This document shows, piece after piece, positions 1 through 11,591 of a stretch of DNA of 64,000 nucleotides. The translations under genes were made by a program, and so were the position numbers. The notes under the pieces are model-generated. The model was given only the letters and a program-made list of their open reading frames with translations. It was not told the DNA's origin and did no database searches. Numbering within the stretch: position 1 is the stretch's first letter; each line of letters opens with the position of its first letter. Source of the stretch: Hormiphora californensis (Eukaryota; Animalia; Ctenophora); assembly GCA_020137815.1 (NCBI GenBank), contig CM035357.1, positions 2,604,001-2,668,000 of the forward strand, written 5' to 3'.

Positions 1-1599
1 GAAAGTGAGGATGGCCCCCCTGGTTTTCAGGGACGCTACTCTATGGTTTTCCTCACCATAGTAAACCCCTCCCGTTTGTCATAACCAAAGTTAGTTCACA
101 GTTATACACGTGTGGCCGGGGATGGGAACCAAGAAAATTAGGGCAACAAGTGGTGCGGGATAGCTGCGGGATAAACGGATTGGCACCCTTTCCACACCCC
201 TTCTTTGGGGCCCCTAAAAGGTACCAGAACCCCCCCCCCTGGCCTCTTTTCCCAGGGGGAGGGGTGTGGGGAAAAACCCTTGTGAAAATAGGCTTCTCTC
301 TCTTTCTTCTCTTTCTCTTCTTTTCTCTCTCTCTCTCTTCCCCGCAATCTTTTATCGAAATGTTTTAAAAAGGAGAGGCGGGGTGATCTTTGGGGCACCC
401 ATACACACAGTAAACCCAAAGGGATATTATATACCCGGCAAATCTGTATTTGGCTCAATTAATAGGGGGGGGGGGGAGTGAAGGGAGAGGGGAGAGGAGA
501 GAGAGGAAAGGAGGGGGCCCAAAAGGGGAGAGAGAGAAGAGGAGATTGGTGATTACGAGACACATTTTCATGAAATGTGATTTGGGGGAATCCTGGCAGA
601 TCAACTGGACTCAGCTTACAAAATTCCAGAAAAATATTTTAGTCAGAAGAGAAAAAAGTCACCAAAGGTTTCAAACGTTTCAAAGAGACAGTTTTTTTCT
701 TTCCGATATAAGGTTTTAAAAAGGGGATTTTTTATGACCCTTTTTTCCCCTTCCAGGGTCCGGCCCCAAAAACGGTCAAATCATTTTTAACCCCCCCCTT
801 CCCCCCCCCATATCAATCTCGATCCCCACACAAAATTAAACAATTTATTATTTTGAAGCCCGTGAAGAAAAATAAAATTTTCCAGAGGGGGGCGGTGCGA
901 GGGGGAAGGTAATTGAGAACATATCCTTTTATTTTAAAGAGAATATATTTTTCTGCCATTATGGACGTAAATTTGATTCAAAAAAAACGAAAGCAAAACC
1001 TTTTTGGCCCAATTTTTGAGATTTTTAAAAAAAAAAAGAAGGAGGGGACCCCAGGGGGGGGGGAAAGAAAAAAGGGGGGAAAAAAGGGGGGAAAAAAAAG
1101 GGGGAAAAAAAAAAAAAAAGGGGAGGGAAGGGAAAGGGAAAAAAAAAACCCCCGGGAAAAAAAAAACGGTTTTTCTTCTTTTTCCTTCCCCTTTTTCCCA
1201 CCACAAATATCCCCTAAAGGAAAGGGGGACGGGGTTGGGGGTTAAATTTTAAAATTTTCCCAAGACCCCCCCCAGATGTGAAAAGCCCCCGAAACTAACT
1301 TGATAGAAAGGTGACCCATGAAGACCCAAAAATTAAAAGGACAAAGTTATAAAAGCCAAAAAAAAAGAATTGCCCCACACAGTCATTCATTTGAAAGCAG
1401 GGGGGGGGGGTGTCTTGCAAAAAAAAAAAAAAAAAAAAAAAAAACCCCCTTCTTATCTTTTGATTGAACTAGTACTATCTCCTCACCCATTGCATGTCAA
1501 ATCACCCCAATTGATTTACACCATACGGGGATCCCATGATGGAAAAGAGTGTTTTTATTTTCCCCCGTTGTTCAGATGAAAAATGATATTTTGAGAAAA

Positions 1600-2596
1600 G
1601 AAAGGAGAGAGGAATCGTCTTTTTTAAAAAAATTAGTTTGGTCCTTTAGCCATTCCTGGAGAGAGATAATTTAAACCTGCGCCACACTAAAATTAACCCA
1701 ACGTCGTTGTGTTCGTAATGAGAATAATTGAATACAGTCACTACTTCCACAAACTACACACACTGAGAATGAAATATGGAATGATCCATAAACTTCATGC
1801 TTCATTCATTCTGACTATATTTGTTCCATGGAGTATGAATTGTTGTCGGGGTGGCCGCGGGGTGATCGTCGGAAGATAGGGGCGGTAGATCGAAGTCATG
1901 CAATTTATCCTACGGAAAATGTTCCGTTCGACGTTTTTTTTATTCTTCCTGTCTATAATTCCACCTTATTCTTCCTAAAAGTTAAAACACTATCCCCCTC
2001 TCTCTACACAGCTCCCACTATAAAGCGTGCCCCCGATTCAACTCTCTGATTAACACCTCCATTCTCCTGCAGCAACGGCATCTAACCGAGGCACAGACAA
2101 GGAGAGGTTGAGTAATATCGCTGGAGGGAATTGCCGCTACGATAATATAAAGATCAAGCTAAAAGTTGTAAACCATGTGGAAGAAGGTATAATAATTGTT
2201 GTTGTGTTTTCTGAACATCACAATTCGGTCAAGACAGTAAACAGGATCAGTTGAATTCTGCTTGACATCATTCCAGGAATTACATCATTTTAGAGATAGT
2301 AATCGCTGATACTGATAAAATCTGATATTTGACTACAACACGAGATACTGACCCCCACCTCTATTTCAGTTCCTACTATCCCGACAGAGAGCAACTCCGA
2401 CACTCCTTCTTCTTCATCAGGAGAGCCCGATCCGGGGGGAGCAGCTGACCGAGAAAATGAAACGGAAAGATCATCACCATCGGATGTTCCGGAAGCCGAG
2501 GTTAAAGGACTCGAGAGTAGCGCACTGAGCCGGCGCGGCAGCAACCTATTAGTGGTTGTGTGTAGTTGTTGGCTTTGGTTTGCACTGGCGTCGTAG
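1600..2596 (+). CDS. Ephrin-like ligand, 3' exons, with a probable GPI-anchor signal (5' exons lie in noisy sequence or upstream)
   Basis: Exon 2073-2186 (cag|...|gt) reads xTASNRGTDKERLSNIAGGNCRYDNIKIKLKVVNHVEE, resembling the ephrin domain end ([30 protein letters not shown]). Exon 2370-2596 gives an S/P/E-rich stalk, then ESSALSRRGSNLLVVVCSCWLWFALAS*. Noisy sequence near 1640-1685 gives SFS(P)IPG..FKP, like the ephrin FSP..G.EF.PG motif. Confidence 0.7.
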
Positions 2597-4299
2597 GGGG
2601 TTGGCAGGCACGCCGAGATAGGCAGGGACAGTTAAAAGTTTCTCTACGATCCGAGAGAGAGGGATGGAGTGAGGTGTGTCTGTTTGTAAGACAACGAGTA
2701 TCGAGTTGAATTGAGGCAGCCCCTCAGTATATATGAACTGCAAGACACACAATCTCTGATCATGACACCACTCGAGGGAAGAAGAGAGAGAGAGAGGTGG
2801 ATTCGTTCTTCTAAATGCTCTTCTCTCGTCACCCCTCCCCCCACACTCTCTATAGTAAGTCACACAATCAAATAAAGACTCTATTGTGTGTGGTCGAAAC
2901 CGGCTAAAATGAGAGAGAGAAAGAGAGAGAGAGAGCTGAGAGAGAGAGAGAAAATAGAGTTGAGAGAGAGATACTGACACTAGAATTTAGGGAGAAAAAT
3001 ATAGGTTATTGATTCTGTGCACTGCCTCAAAAACAATGGTCCCGTATATCTGTGTTGTTAATTTTGGGTTGGAACTAAGATTTGATGTTGGGGAGATTCT
3101 CGAGTGAGCTTAGTTACTCATCCTTACTCTTTTACCCCCTAGATCATCTCTTTCAGTTCCCATCCATTTTTTCATTCCGTGTACTGGGCAGTTCCTTATG
3201 ACACCCCCACATTATTATATAGATATCTTGCTTTGAGTGTGTGAGTGTGTGTGAATGTGTATGAGTATATTTGTCTGTGTATGTGTGTGAGTTTGTGCGA
3301 AAAAAAAGCTTGAATTCCTGTCTTCCTAGCAGGATTATTTTTGCGAGGAATTTACATCTTTCTTCGTAAGATTTTTAACTAGGTCTCATTCTATTGGGTG
3401 AGCGTATATATTATTATGTTGCTGTATATGAACACCCACGTCATTAAGTTGTCTGTTAAATCGAGAAATAGAGAGATGGAGAGATTGGGGGAGAGAGAGA
3501 CTAGAGAGATTATATTGGTTTTGGGACTTTATATATGAGTATGCCTTTTTTACCTACTAATTAATATAATATGGTGTTGTTGTTACTGTTATCTTGGCCG
3601 ATTTTTCGTCTTAATCAGTTAAGATGATAAGGAAGAGGTTGCTACTTACTATTTTTTGTCAGAGAGAGAGAGAGAGAGAGAGTCGAGAGAGAGAGAGAGG
3701 GAGGTAGAGGTAGAGAGAGTGAGAAAGAGAGAGAAAGAACTGAAAGAGAGAGAGAGAGAAAGGATATTGTTGTTTGTGAAGCATGGAAGTGCTAAAACGC
3801 TCCCAGATTTTCTCTCCTTGTGCATGTTAGGCTATTTTTGATTATGATTTGGGTACAAAAGCCCTTTTTCTTTTACTATTTTGGTACTGCTCACACACAC
3901 AAATGCAATGCTACTGTTAGATATATATCGGTCCTTCCGAAAGTGAGCTGTGAGCTACTCGTCGACAAATCTTCCACCGTGAAGATTCAAAAAGGGAGTC
4001 GAACTGGGGAGTGAGATTTGTCTTGTTTTAGAGCGCCCAAACTTGTCACCGGTTTCAAAGCGCGGGGGATTCTCTCGCACACACACATGTGCACAATACT
4101 ACAGTTGAAGCACGTGGATGATTTTCCAAAATGAAACTATTGTTCCATATATCTGTGCAGTTGCAATATCCGGGGTCTATTTTATAACATATTGTAACTC
4201 TCGCCCCCTTACCCGACCCGCTATATAGTAGGACACAATGTATCCGGCTTATAGGCATGATACTCTCCCCTCTCTCTCTATCACCATCTCTCTTTTCTC

Positions 4300-4313
4300 T
4301 CTCTTCTCTCTCT

Positions 4314-4395
<82 letters not shown>
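4300..4395. repeat. (CT)n microsatellite
   Basis: Long CT dinucleotide run; similar runs near 2910, 3660, 28770-28928, 43572-43680 and 52820-52930. Confidence 0.95.
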
Positions 4396-4399
<4 letters not shown>

Positions 4400-7300
4400 C
4401 CCTATCTCTATCCTCTTGCTTCTCTTTTCTCCCTCCCCATTCCCCTCACCCATTCTCTCACCCATTCTAATACCCTGATCCCCTCACGATGCAGTAGTAC
4501 CCGTTATTTCTCATCTCATAATATACCCCTTGTACCATTTCCTTCTACCACCCCGCAATTATACTCTTCACGTCACACTGTTTCATCAGAAAAGTGCTCT
4601 CCTCTCTCTCTAAATTCCCCGTATCCTGTTTTTTAAAAGTGGGTGGAAAAGAGTGTTTGAAAGTTTTTCTGGAGCACTTACTACTTCCCATGGCCCTGAT
4701 CTTCTGTACCATATTATATCCTTCATTCCTTCATTTCTCAAACTATAATTCAACCGCAAATCTACGTGATCAACATCAAGTACTCACCCTCTTACCATAT
4801 TCCTCCCTTCCTTCCTTTCTTAAACGTGATCAACTAATCTTGATGCACTCCCCACATCAAACCCCTCCTGTCTCATTATATACTCAGTCGTGGCTACTTG
4901 AAATATATAATGTGCTCTATAGTACCTCTACTATAGCAGACTAACCCACTTTATTCCCAGTCTCGAGGTCGATATATATGCGTGGGTAATGTATTCACTA
5001 TTCAATCGTTACCTATCTCAGTACACCATTGAGAGGGGAAAGGAGTAAACTGAGATCAATATTGAGATGCATCTAGATGCAGCGATAATATATATCAAAG
5101 TTTAGTCTAAGTTAAAAATGAAGACACAGATACAAAATCGCTCACAAGACAATTTGGGTGCTCTATTAGTCTATTAAACTAAGTAAGTCTCAATTCCCAA
5201 CTCTCCCCCCTTTTTGTTGCAAAGGAACGATATATAGACACAGTGTCAGTCATTGCTGTGTGTGTAGCGGTATTTGCATGGCTATTTAATAATCACTGGC
5301 AAGGCAGACTGGGATGTACAATTCACATCTTGGGGTAATAACATCTCGTTCGGGCGATCTTGCTCCTTTTGGCAGCGTCCTGATCGATGGATTCAAACCC
5401 TGAAGTATATTCCCGCTGCCTGAAACACCAGACTTTATTTGTGAACATATAATATTATATGGGACGGACGTGCGGTGTGAACTGTGTGTGTGAGTATAAA
5501 GTGTGAGCTGTATCTGTGTGACGTGTGTGAATGGACGTTCTCTCTTTATATTTTGGCTCCATATTCCTCCAATGTTCTACATTTTGTAGGGGAGGTTTGA
5601 GTCAGTATAAAGTGTGTGACAATATATAATATGATCCCTAAAGCGTTTGATATAGTGAGTATATATAATTATATACAATTTGTGAGTGTGTTACATCTCT
5701 CTAACGTTCTTTCTATATTAGGTATTCTGCACATTGTTTTTTTGTTGGACAAGTGTTCTCACAAAAATATCTGCTGTTATTGTTTTCAATCAAAACCACC
5801 AAACTTCAAGAAGTCTTACGGAAACTTTGGGCTATGGGATCCTTTGTTGTGTTTTTTGGGTTGGACAAGTTATGATGGTGTTACGGACAGGAAAAGAGGA
5901 TCTCAAAGCCACACTTACAAATATTGTGTGCCACTTCAAAGACATCGCTTCATCCCAAATTCTCAGAACACTTCACATCCACTTTAAAGTTCGTGGAACC
6001 TCTGAATTTATTTTACAAACTCGAAACATATTCTTATTATTATTTTAGAGCATTAGATCGGGTAGAGAAGTTCTCCCGAAAAGGAAGCGATGTGTCTTTG
6101 ATTGTGTTTTACACAAAAGTACTGCGGTCGGTACAGTTTGAAGTTGGCTAGCGTATTTCACTGCTAAGGGCGGGTCACGTGACATACGATTTCTGAGAAA
6201 AAGGTCTCAGTTCGGTGTATAGATATTATATTGGAGTTCGGACCGTATATCCTGGTAGGTCCACGACTATAACGGCAGTATACTGCTGTGAATCTATTCA
6301 GAAGAGCACCAGTACGTGATCACAGCCTCGACATAGATAAAAAGAGAGAGATAGATAGATAGATAGATGGATAGATAGAAGGAGAGAATCAGAGTCATGT
6401 TATACACACAAGTACAAGCCGAGTAACCCAGTGTGAGTGTAAAAGAGGGATGGAGAGTATTATGTATTTAAAGTTTGCACATCGGTCCTAGAGAGAGAGA
6501 GAGGGAGAGAGAGATAGAGAGAGATCTCCCGCGTGAACCCCGTTTTAGACATGACTGTACTGCATTGAAAAGGTTGATACAAAACTGAATTATATTTTAG
6601 TTGGATGACATTTGTTGAGAAAAAACTTCTGAAAACTTTGAGCTCCATTTTCTCCAAAGCTGCATATATCGCAACACCACCCCATCTACCTTTTGTTCGA
6701 TCTTATCACCCCCTATCCTGCCTTTTAAGGAACTAGACGTCTATATACCATTTGTTTTATTCATCTATATTCACTCATTCAAATTGTGTGTTGTTTCTCA
6801 CTATCATGGGAGGAGAGAGAGAGAGAGAGAGGTGAAACCCTATCGGTGGCAGGGTAGGGAGGAGGGAAAATTAGCGTAATTAAGTAGTGAATCAGTTTGG
6901 TAATTGTGCAGTGCTCCCTAGGGAATTCTATCTCTCTCACTGTCTTTATCTCTCTCTATCTCTCTCCCTCTCTCTTTTCTATATCTCCCGTCTCTCTCCC
7001 TTCTATCTTTACTCTCCCTCCCTACTCTCTCTTTCACTCTCACAGGCTACAGTTTCAGAATTATATGATATCTTACATATATTTTTCCCTCGTGGATAAC
7101 AACCGGTCGTGTTTCTCCCACTCGTCCCTAATTCTCTCTCCTTGCATGTCTGATGCACGTTGAGACCCGGGTGGCACCCCCAAACCCCCACATCCCAAAA
7201 GCTCCAAATTAATTATCAGTGCCCCCTCTATGTTACGTGGGCCATGTACTAGTGAATATAACAATCACTCCATCATATATTGTGTTGGTATGTAATAAGA

Positions 7301-7872
7301 CGGTTCCACAGAATCATTCAGCAGAGTACAATCTACTCACTTCACATTTAAACCACCACACCGTTTAAATGTCATTCAATCCAGAGCAAGCTCCCGGGAA
7401 GAATTTGAAGTAGATGACGTTTTATTGTTTCGTTGACGTGTTCTATGTGGTCAACTGGGGACTGAGTTAAAGTCAGGTTGGGGAACCTGATTACATGATT
7501 AGTGCCGACACACATACACGGTCACTATGAGGGGGGCACAAAGTATCCTATTTCTGCGGTATATTAGGTCTCAGATTCTCTAGACCGGGCCTGGAATGAA
7601 AGGGTAGGAACGGACTTCAATCACAAAGGGATAGTCATTACCCCGGTCTTGCGTTTACCGGTATTCGCAACATGTCAAAGATATCCCGAAAGTTAATATA
7701 TATCCATTACTTGGAAGAGAGAGAGGGAGAGAGAGAGAGAGAGAGAGGGTGTGTGATAGAGAGAGAAAGAGAACCTGCATCAGCTAAATGTGCAGTTTTG
7801 TTCTTCGTTTCCCAAGGGATTCCCAAAATTAGGTATATACCGAACAAAAGATGCCATACTTTTGCCCCGGCC

Positions 7873-7985
7873 AAGAGGAGGGTGGGTACAGTGTCCCCTC
7901 TCTTCTTGGCGTGATAACACGAGAGAGATAGCACAGGAGGATAGAAGAAGGGGGATATCATACCCAAAGAGGAGGGTGGGTACGG
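7873..7985. mobile_element. Small inverted-repeat element, same family as 50370-50535
   Basis: ggagggtgggtacagtgtcccctctc ... ggggatatcataccca resembles 50371-50535. Confidence 0.5.
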
Positions 7986-8145
7986 GATTTTGTACCGACT
8001 ACGTAATTCCCAGGGGGAACGAGGTGACCTTATCTCCCTGTGTGTGTTTACTTTGTTGTAGTGCTAGGAAGACGTTAAACAGTGAAACGCACGAAAACAA
8101 TCAGAAATTATATGCGAAAGTGATTCACTTCCCCCCTCGTGAAAA

Positions 8146-8240
8146 GCAAGAACAGACCGACACAAGTAAACCACCAATCAGAACTTGTTATTTAGGTCAC
8201 GTGACTGGTTATCAGCCAATCAGGGACCAGTATTTCCTGA
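8146..8240 (+). mobile_element. Truncated copy of the ~109-bp hAT-like MITE ('QPIRT' family)
   Basis: Same core as 23236-23344; right TIR missing; flanked by a direct repeat cacttccccc(c)tcgtga. Confidence 0.8.
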
Positions 8241-9806
8241 TCCACTTCCCCCTCGTGACAAGATAATGATTGAAATGTCATGTAATGGCTCTTCTGAAGA
8301 AATATCACGGCGGTGGTCTCTCCTTCTTTCTTTGGTTCATTAGTCATTTGAACTTTGCCCACATATCCCTGTGATTTTACCTTGTTTTGTTCAAACCCTT
8401 TCGAGGGTCGAACCAGGCAACCTTTTCCATGAAGAGAAATCATACGATGGTGATGTGTTTTTGAGCGGGTAACATATAAGCCATGGGAGTCACAGCTGTG
8501 TGTGATTGCAATTGGAAGATTCATCACACGAGACTTGGGTTCTATATTTCCATGAGGATTTTCATTAACACTCTCACAGTCATTTTAAAGGGTTGGAAGG
8601 AAAGGGATGAGAGAGAGAGAGGGAGAGAAAGAGAGAGATAGATACAGAGAATTAGATAGGGAGAGAGTGTGTGAGAGTGAGAGGGAGAAAGAGTGAGAAA
8701 GGGATTGTCGATTGAGGAGAAGAGAGAGAAAGGGATTGAGGGGAGAGAGAGAAAGGGATTGACCTGTGGCGAAGTATGAAAAGAACTAAGAAGAGTAGTA
8801 AAAATGGAATAAATGATCGAAAAACTACTATTTTATCTGACATTGAATATGAAAATGGAAGAGCGGCCTAGATATATAATTCTATTCAGTACTCTTGGCG
8901 CAGATACCCTATTTAATGGGATATATTATATACTGTCATGGGACCTGTACGACACCTCATTACATGGCGCATACTGGTGGGACATATGCAGTATAGTCGG
9001 TAGCGGGGTACAGACACAATCGGTGTGTAAACCCTATGTCTGACTGAATGAGAGGAAGAGTGAGAGAAAGAGAGAAAGAGATCACTACGCCCACACATTG
9101 ACATTACGTCCCTATATTGAGTTAACTCAGGATTCAGAGGGTCCCCTTTGACCTTAATAGCAAACCTAGACCCACGTTTAGATTGTATTCAATCTTTATG
9201 TAGGACAAAATGAATTTTAAAATGAATACATGATATTGTTTAAAGGCTGATAAGTTCCTGGAGTCAGGAAGCGTGAAATTCTAATCCGACACATGGGGTG
9301 ATAAATGATGTTAAAAACATGATAAAATATCAATTGAATTCGGAGAATTCTCCCTGAAATATTGATACACCATGTCATACTGGATTTATTCCAAATGTCT
9401 GAACCATGTCGCCAGATGGTGAGACAATCTGTCGCCAATAACTCAAAACATGATCATACATCCATTTAGCTTGTATTGGGGTATCTGACGGATAAATTCA
9501 TTTTAGGGCCAGTCAATTGGATATCTTCATCCATAACGATAATCCCTAACATGTCCTTATTTCTCTTCATTCGGATATATGGACTACCGTCCTAAAGTTT
9601 GGTTCTCCTCGAATGAATTTAAATTTAAATTAAAGTTTCTCAACGATTTAACAGTTTTAAGATAAACAGTTATCTCTACGATGCTAATGAATGAGTGACC
9701 CACCCATTCACTGTCTTCATCTTCGTCAAGTTTTAAAAGTTGAAGACAGCTTCATTTCAGTCACATTGGTGGCCGAGTCAAGGGCACTTGAGACGAACCA
9801 TGTAAT

Positions 9807-9954
9807 GTCCATTTTTTTTCAACTGTTCACCCCCCAAAGTCGTGCGCGGAATTGTTTTGCGCGTTTATCACATGTTAACGTGTAGCGCGCGCAGCGTAAA
9901 TTAAAATATCGCACGCGCACGAGTTGAGGGGTGAACAGTTGAATAAAAATGGAC
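9807..9954. mobile_element. MITE-like inverted repeat
   Basis: gtccattttttttcaactgttcacccc...tcgtgcgcg pairs with cgcgcacga...ggggtgaacagttgaataaaaatggac. Confidence 0.7.
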
Positions 9955-10196
9955 TTTACCGCACTGCTGCACGTCTAAAAGAAGACTTGCGAGCGCGCGC
10001 GAAGCCAAAATTCTAAAAGGAGTCCCGGCGACTTTTTTATTTCGCGCGATATTCCTGACTTCTCATGTGCTTCTCTGCGCCGAGGGTGTCAAATCCGTGT
10101 GCTATCTTCAATGAAAACGAAGATAGCACATGAATTCGACTAACAAATTAATACTGACACCGATTAAATTGAATGTATTGATAACAAGAACTGTAA

Positions 10197-10730
10197 TCAA
10201 CCATGAAAAGTGGATGGTTTCCGTGGCTTGGTATCCATGGCTACGTCTTTTCTGATCCTAAGAAGTGGTTTTGCCATGGGCTGGGGTAGGTTCTGCAATT
10301 CATCTCCCACTTCCACACTCCCTCCATCCTCAGTTATGACGATTGACTGATGGCGAGTTTTAGGGAATGCCTGGTCTTTCTGTGGTGCTGGCTCGGGGTG
10401 GTCCACTGGCTCAGGCGGCGGGGGAGAGAGACAAACCTCTGGGCAGGGGCCGCTTTCGGACTCTTTCTCCATCCTTGAACAGTCACAATATCGCAACTGA
10501 AGTTCCGATATTTGTCCGAGGAGCAGCAGTTGTCGCTCCGTTTGAGCTGCTTGGAAACAGCGGCCTGGTGTTGGGGAGGATCGGAGGTCGGTGAGATGCG
10601 ATAGAAGCTTTTCTACAGTCACTACAATTGCACGGTGGTCTAGACACAAATATGTGGTACTGGGATGTGTCATGTTGTCATAGTGAGTCAAGGAAGCAGC
10701 ACGTGCATCGGTGGAGAAATGCACGCGCAA
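10197..10730 (-). CDS. Possible small uncharacterised protein, divergent from the F-box cluster
   Basis: 177-codon ORF with plausible composition next to a CpG-rich region; first in-frame ATG gives MTHPSTTYLCLDH; no recognisable domain. Confidence 0.35.
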   Translation of the reverse strand: MRVHFSTDARAASLTHYDNMTHPSTTYLCLDHRAIVVTVEKLLSHLTDLRSSPTPGRCFQAAQTERQLLLLGQISELQLRYCDCSRMEKESESGPCPEVCLSPPPPEPVDHPEPAPQKDQAFPKTRHQSIVITEDGGSVEVGDELQNLPQPMAKPLLRIRKDVAMDTKPRKPSTFHG

Positions 10731-11027
10731 TTATTCCTTGATTTCTGGATTCTTGGAAAGTGGAAACCGTTTTCATGGAAGTTCCGCCACGAACACAATG
10801 CAACCTCAAAAGTCTCGACGCGATCTAATCCACCTCATTACATCAGGCGCTGTCTAAAGTCCGTTTCAAGCGACTTGACCCGTAATTCTTGGAATTTGGC
10901 GCATTGCGCGTGTATTTACAAAGGGGAAATCCTGAATTTCCAGGAATCTCAGCTCAGGTCAAGTCGTTTGAAACGCACTTTAGTGTCTGGCGTCGCGACT
11001 CGTCAGATGATATGCAGACCCCGTTTT

Positions 11028-11071
11028 GGCGGCGCCAGACAGATATCGGCCGATATCTGTCTGGCGCCGCC
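11028..11071. repeat. Perfect 44-bp palindrome in a CpG-rich putative promoter
   Basis: ggcggcgccagacagatatcgg|ccgatatctgtctggcgccgcc. Confidence 0.95.
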
Positions 11072-11343
11072 GACCCCATCGGCATCTGAGCGCACTGATC
11101 GAGAATCAAATGGGGGCGCCATAACAGGCCGATATCGGGTCGGCGCCGACATGGCGCTGGATAGCGCGCGATTTTGCACGCGCAAATGCGGTAGCGCGCT
11201 TAAACCTCGAAACGCGCGCGCAGTCCTCTTTTAGATCCGATTCCTATCCGCGCCGCGCGTTCTCATTTTCATTTTAAAAAAACTTTGGAAGTTTTATTTT
11301 AAAGTCGGATTTTTAAAAGGACAGGAGGGTCTTTTTAACCTTA

Positions 11344-11500
11344 TTTCAAACGCGCATATATCCGGTTCCTGATGAGATAGAGACATCTTCCTGGGTGCAT
11401 TGGAAGGGCCTTTGAATTCTCTTTCCAATGCTTTTCTTTGCAATGCTTCCAGAAAAAGTATCATTCAGGACTCCGAACCGGTGATATGCACGTTTGAAAT
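11344..11500. mobile_element. MITE-like element
   Basis: TIR atttcaaacgcgcatat / atatgcacgtttgaaat; internal ccggttcctgatgagata recurs near 40430. Confidence 0.6.
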
Positions 11501-11591
11501 TGTATTGTTAATTGTACTGTATTGTAATAAGGGGAATACAGCGTAAGCCCAACTTACTAAACCAATACTCTACCCCCTTTAGGATTTATAC

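Noticed and set aside
130-1600. K/G/F/P-rich ORFs
   Set aside because: Products of homopolymer-inflated, low-quality sequence
2600-9100. Numerous SLSLSL and ERERER ORFs
   Set aside because: Translations of CT/AG microsatellites, with no domain signal
9217-9600. Possible minus-strand coding fragments
   Set aside because: No recognisable motif or consistent exon chain
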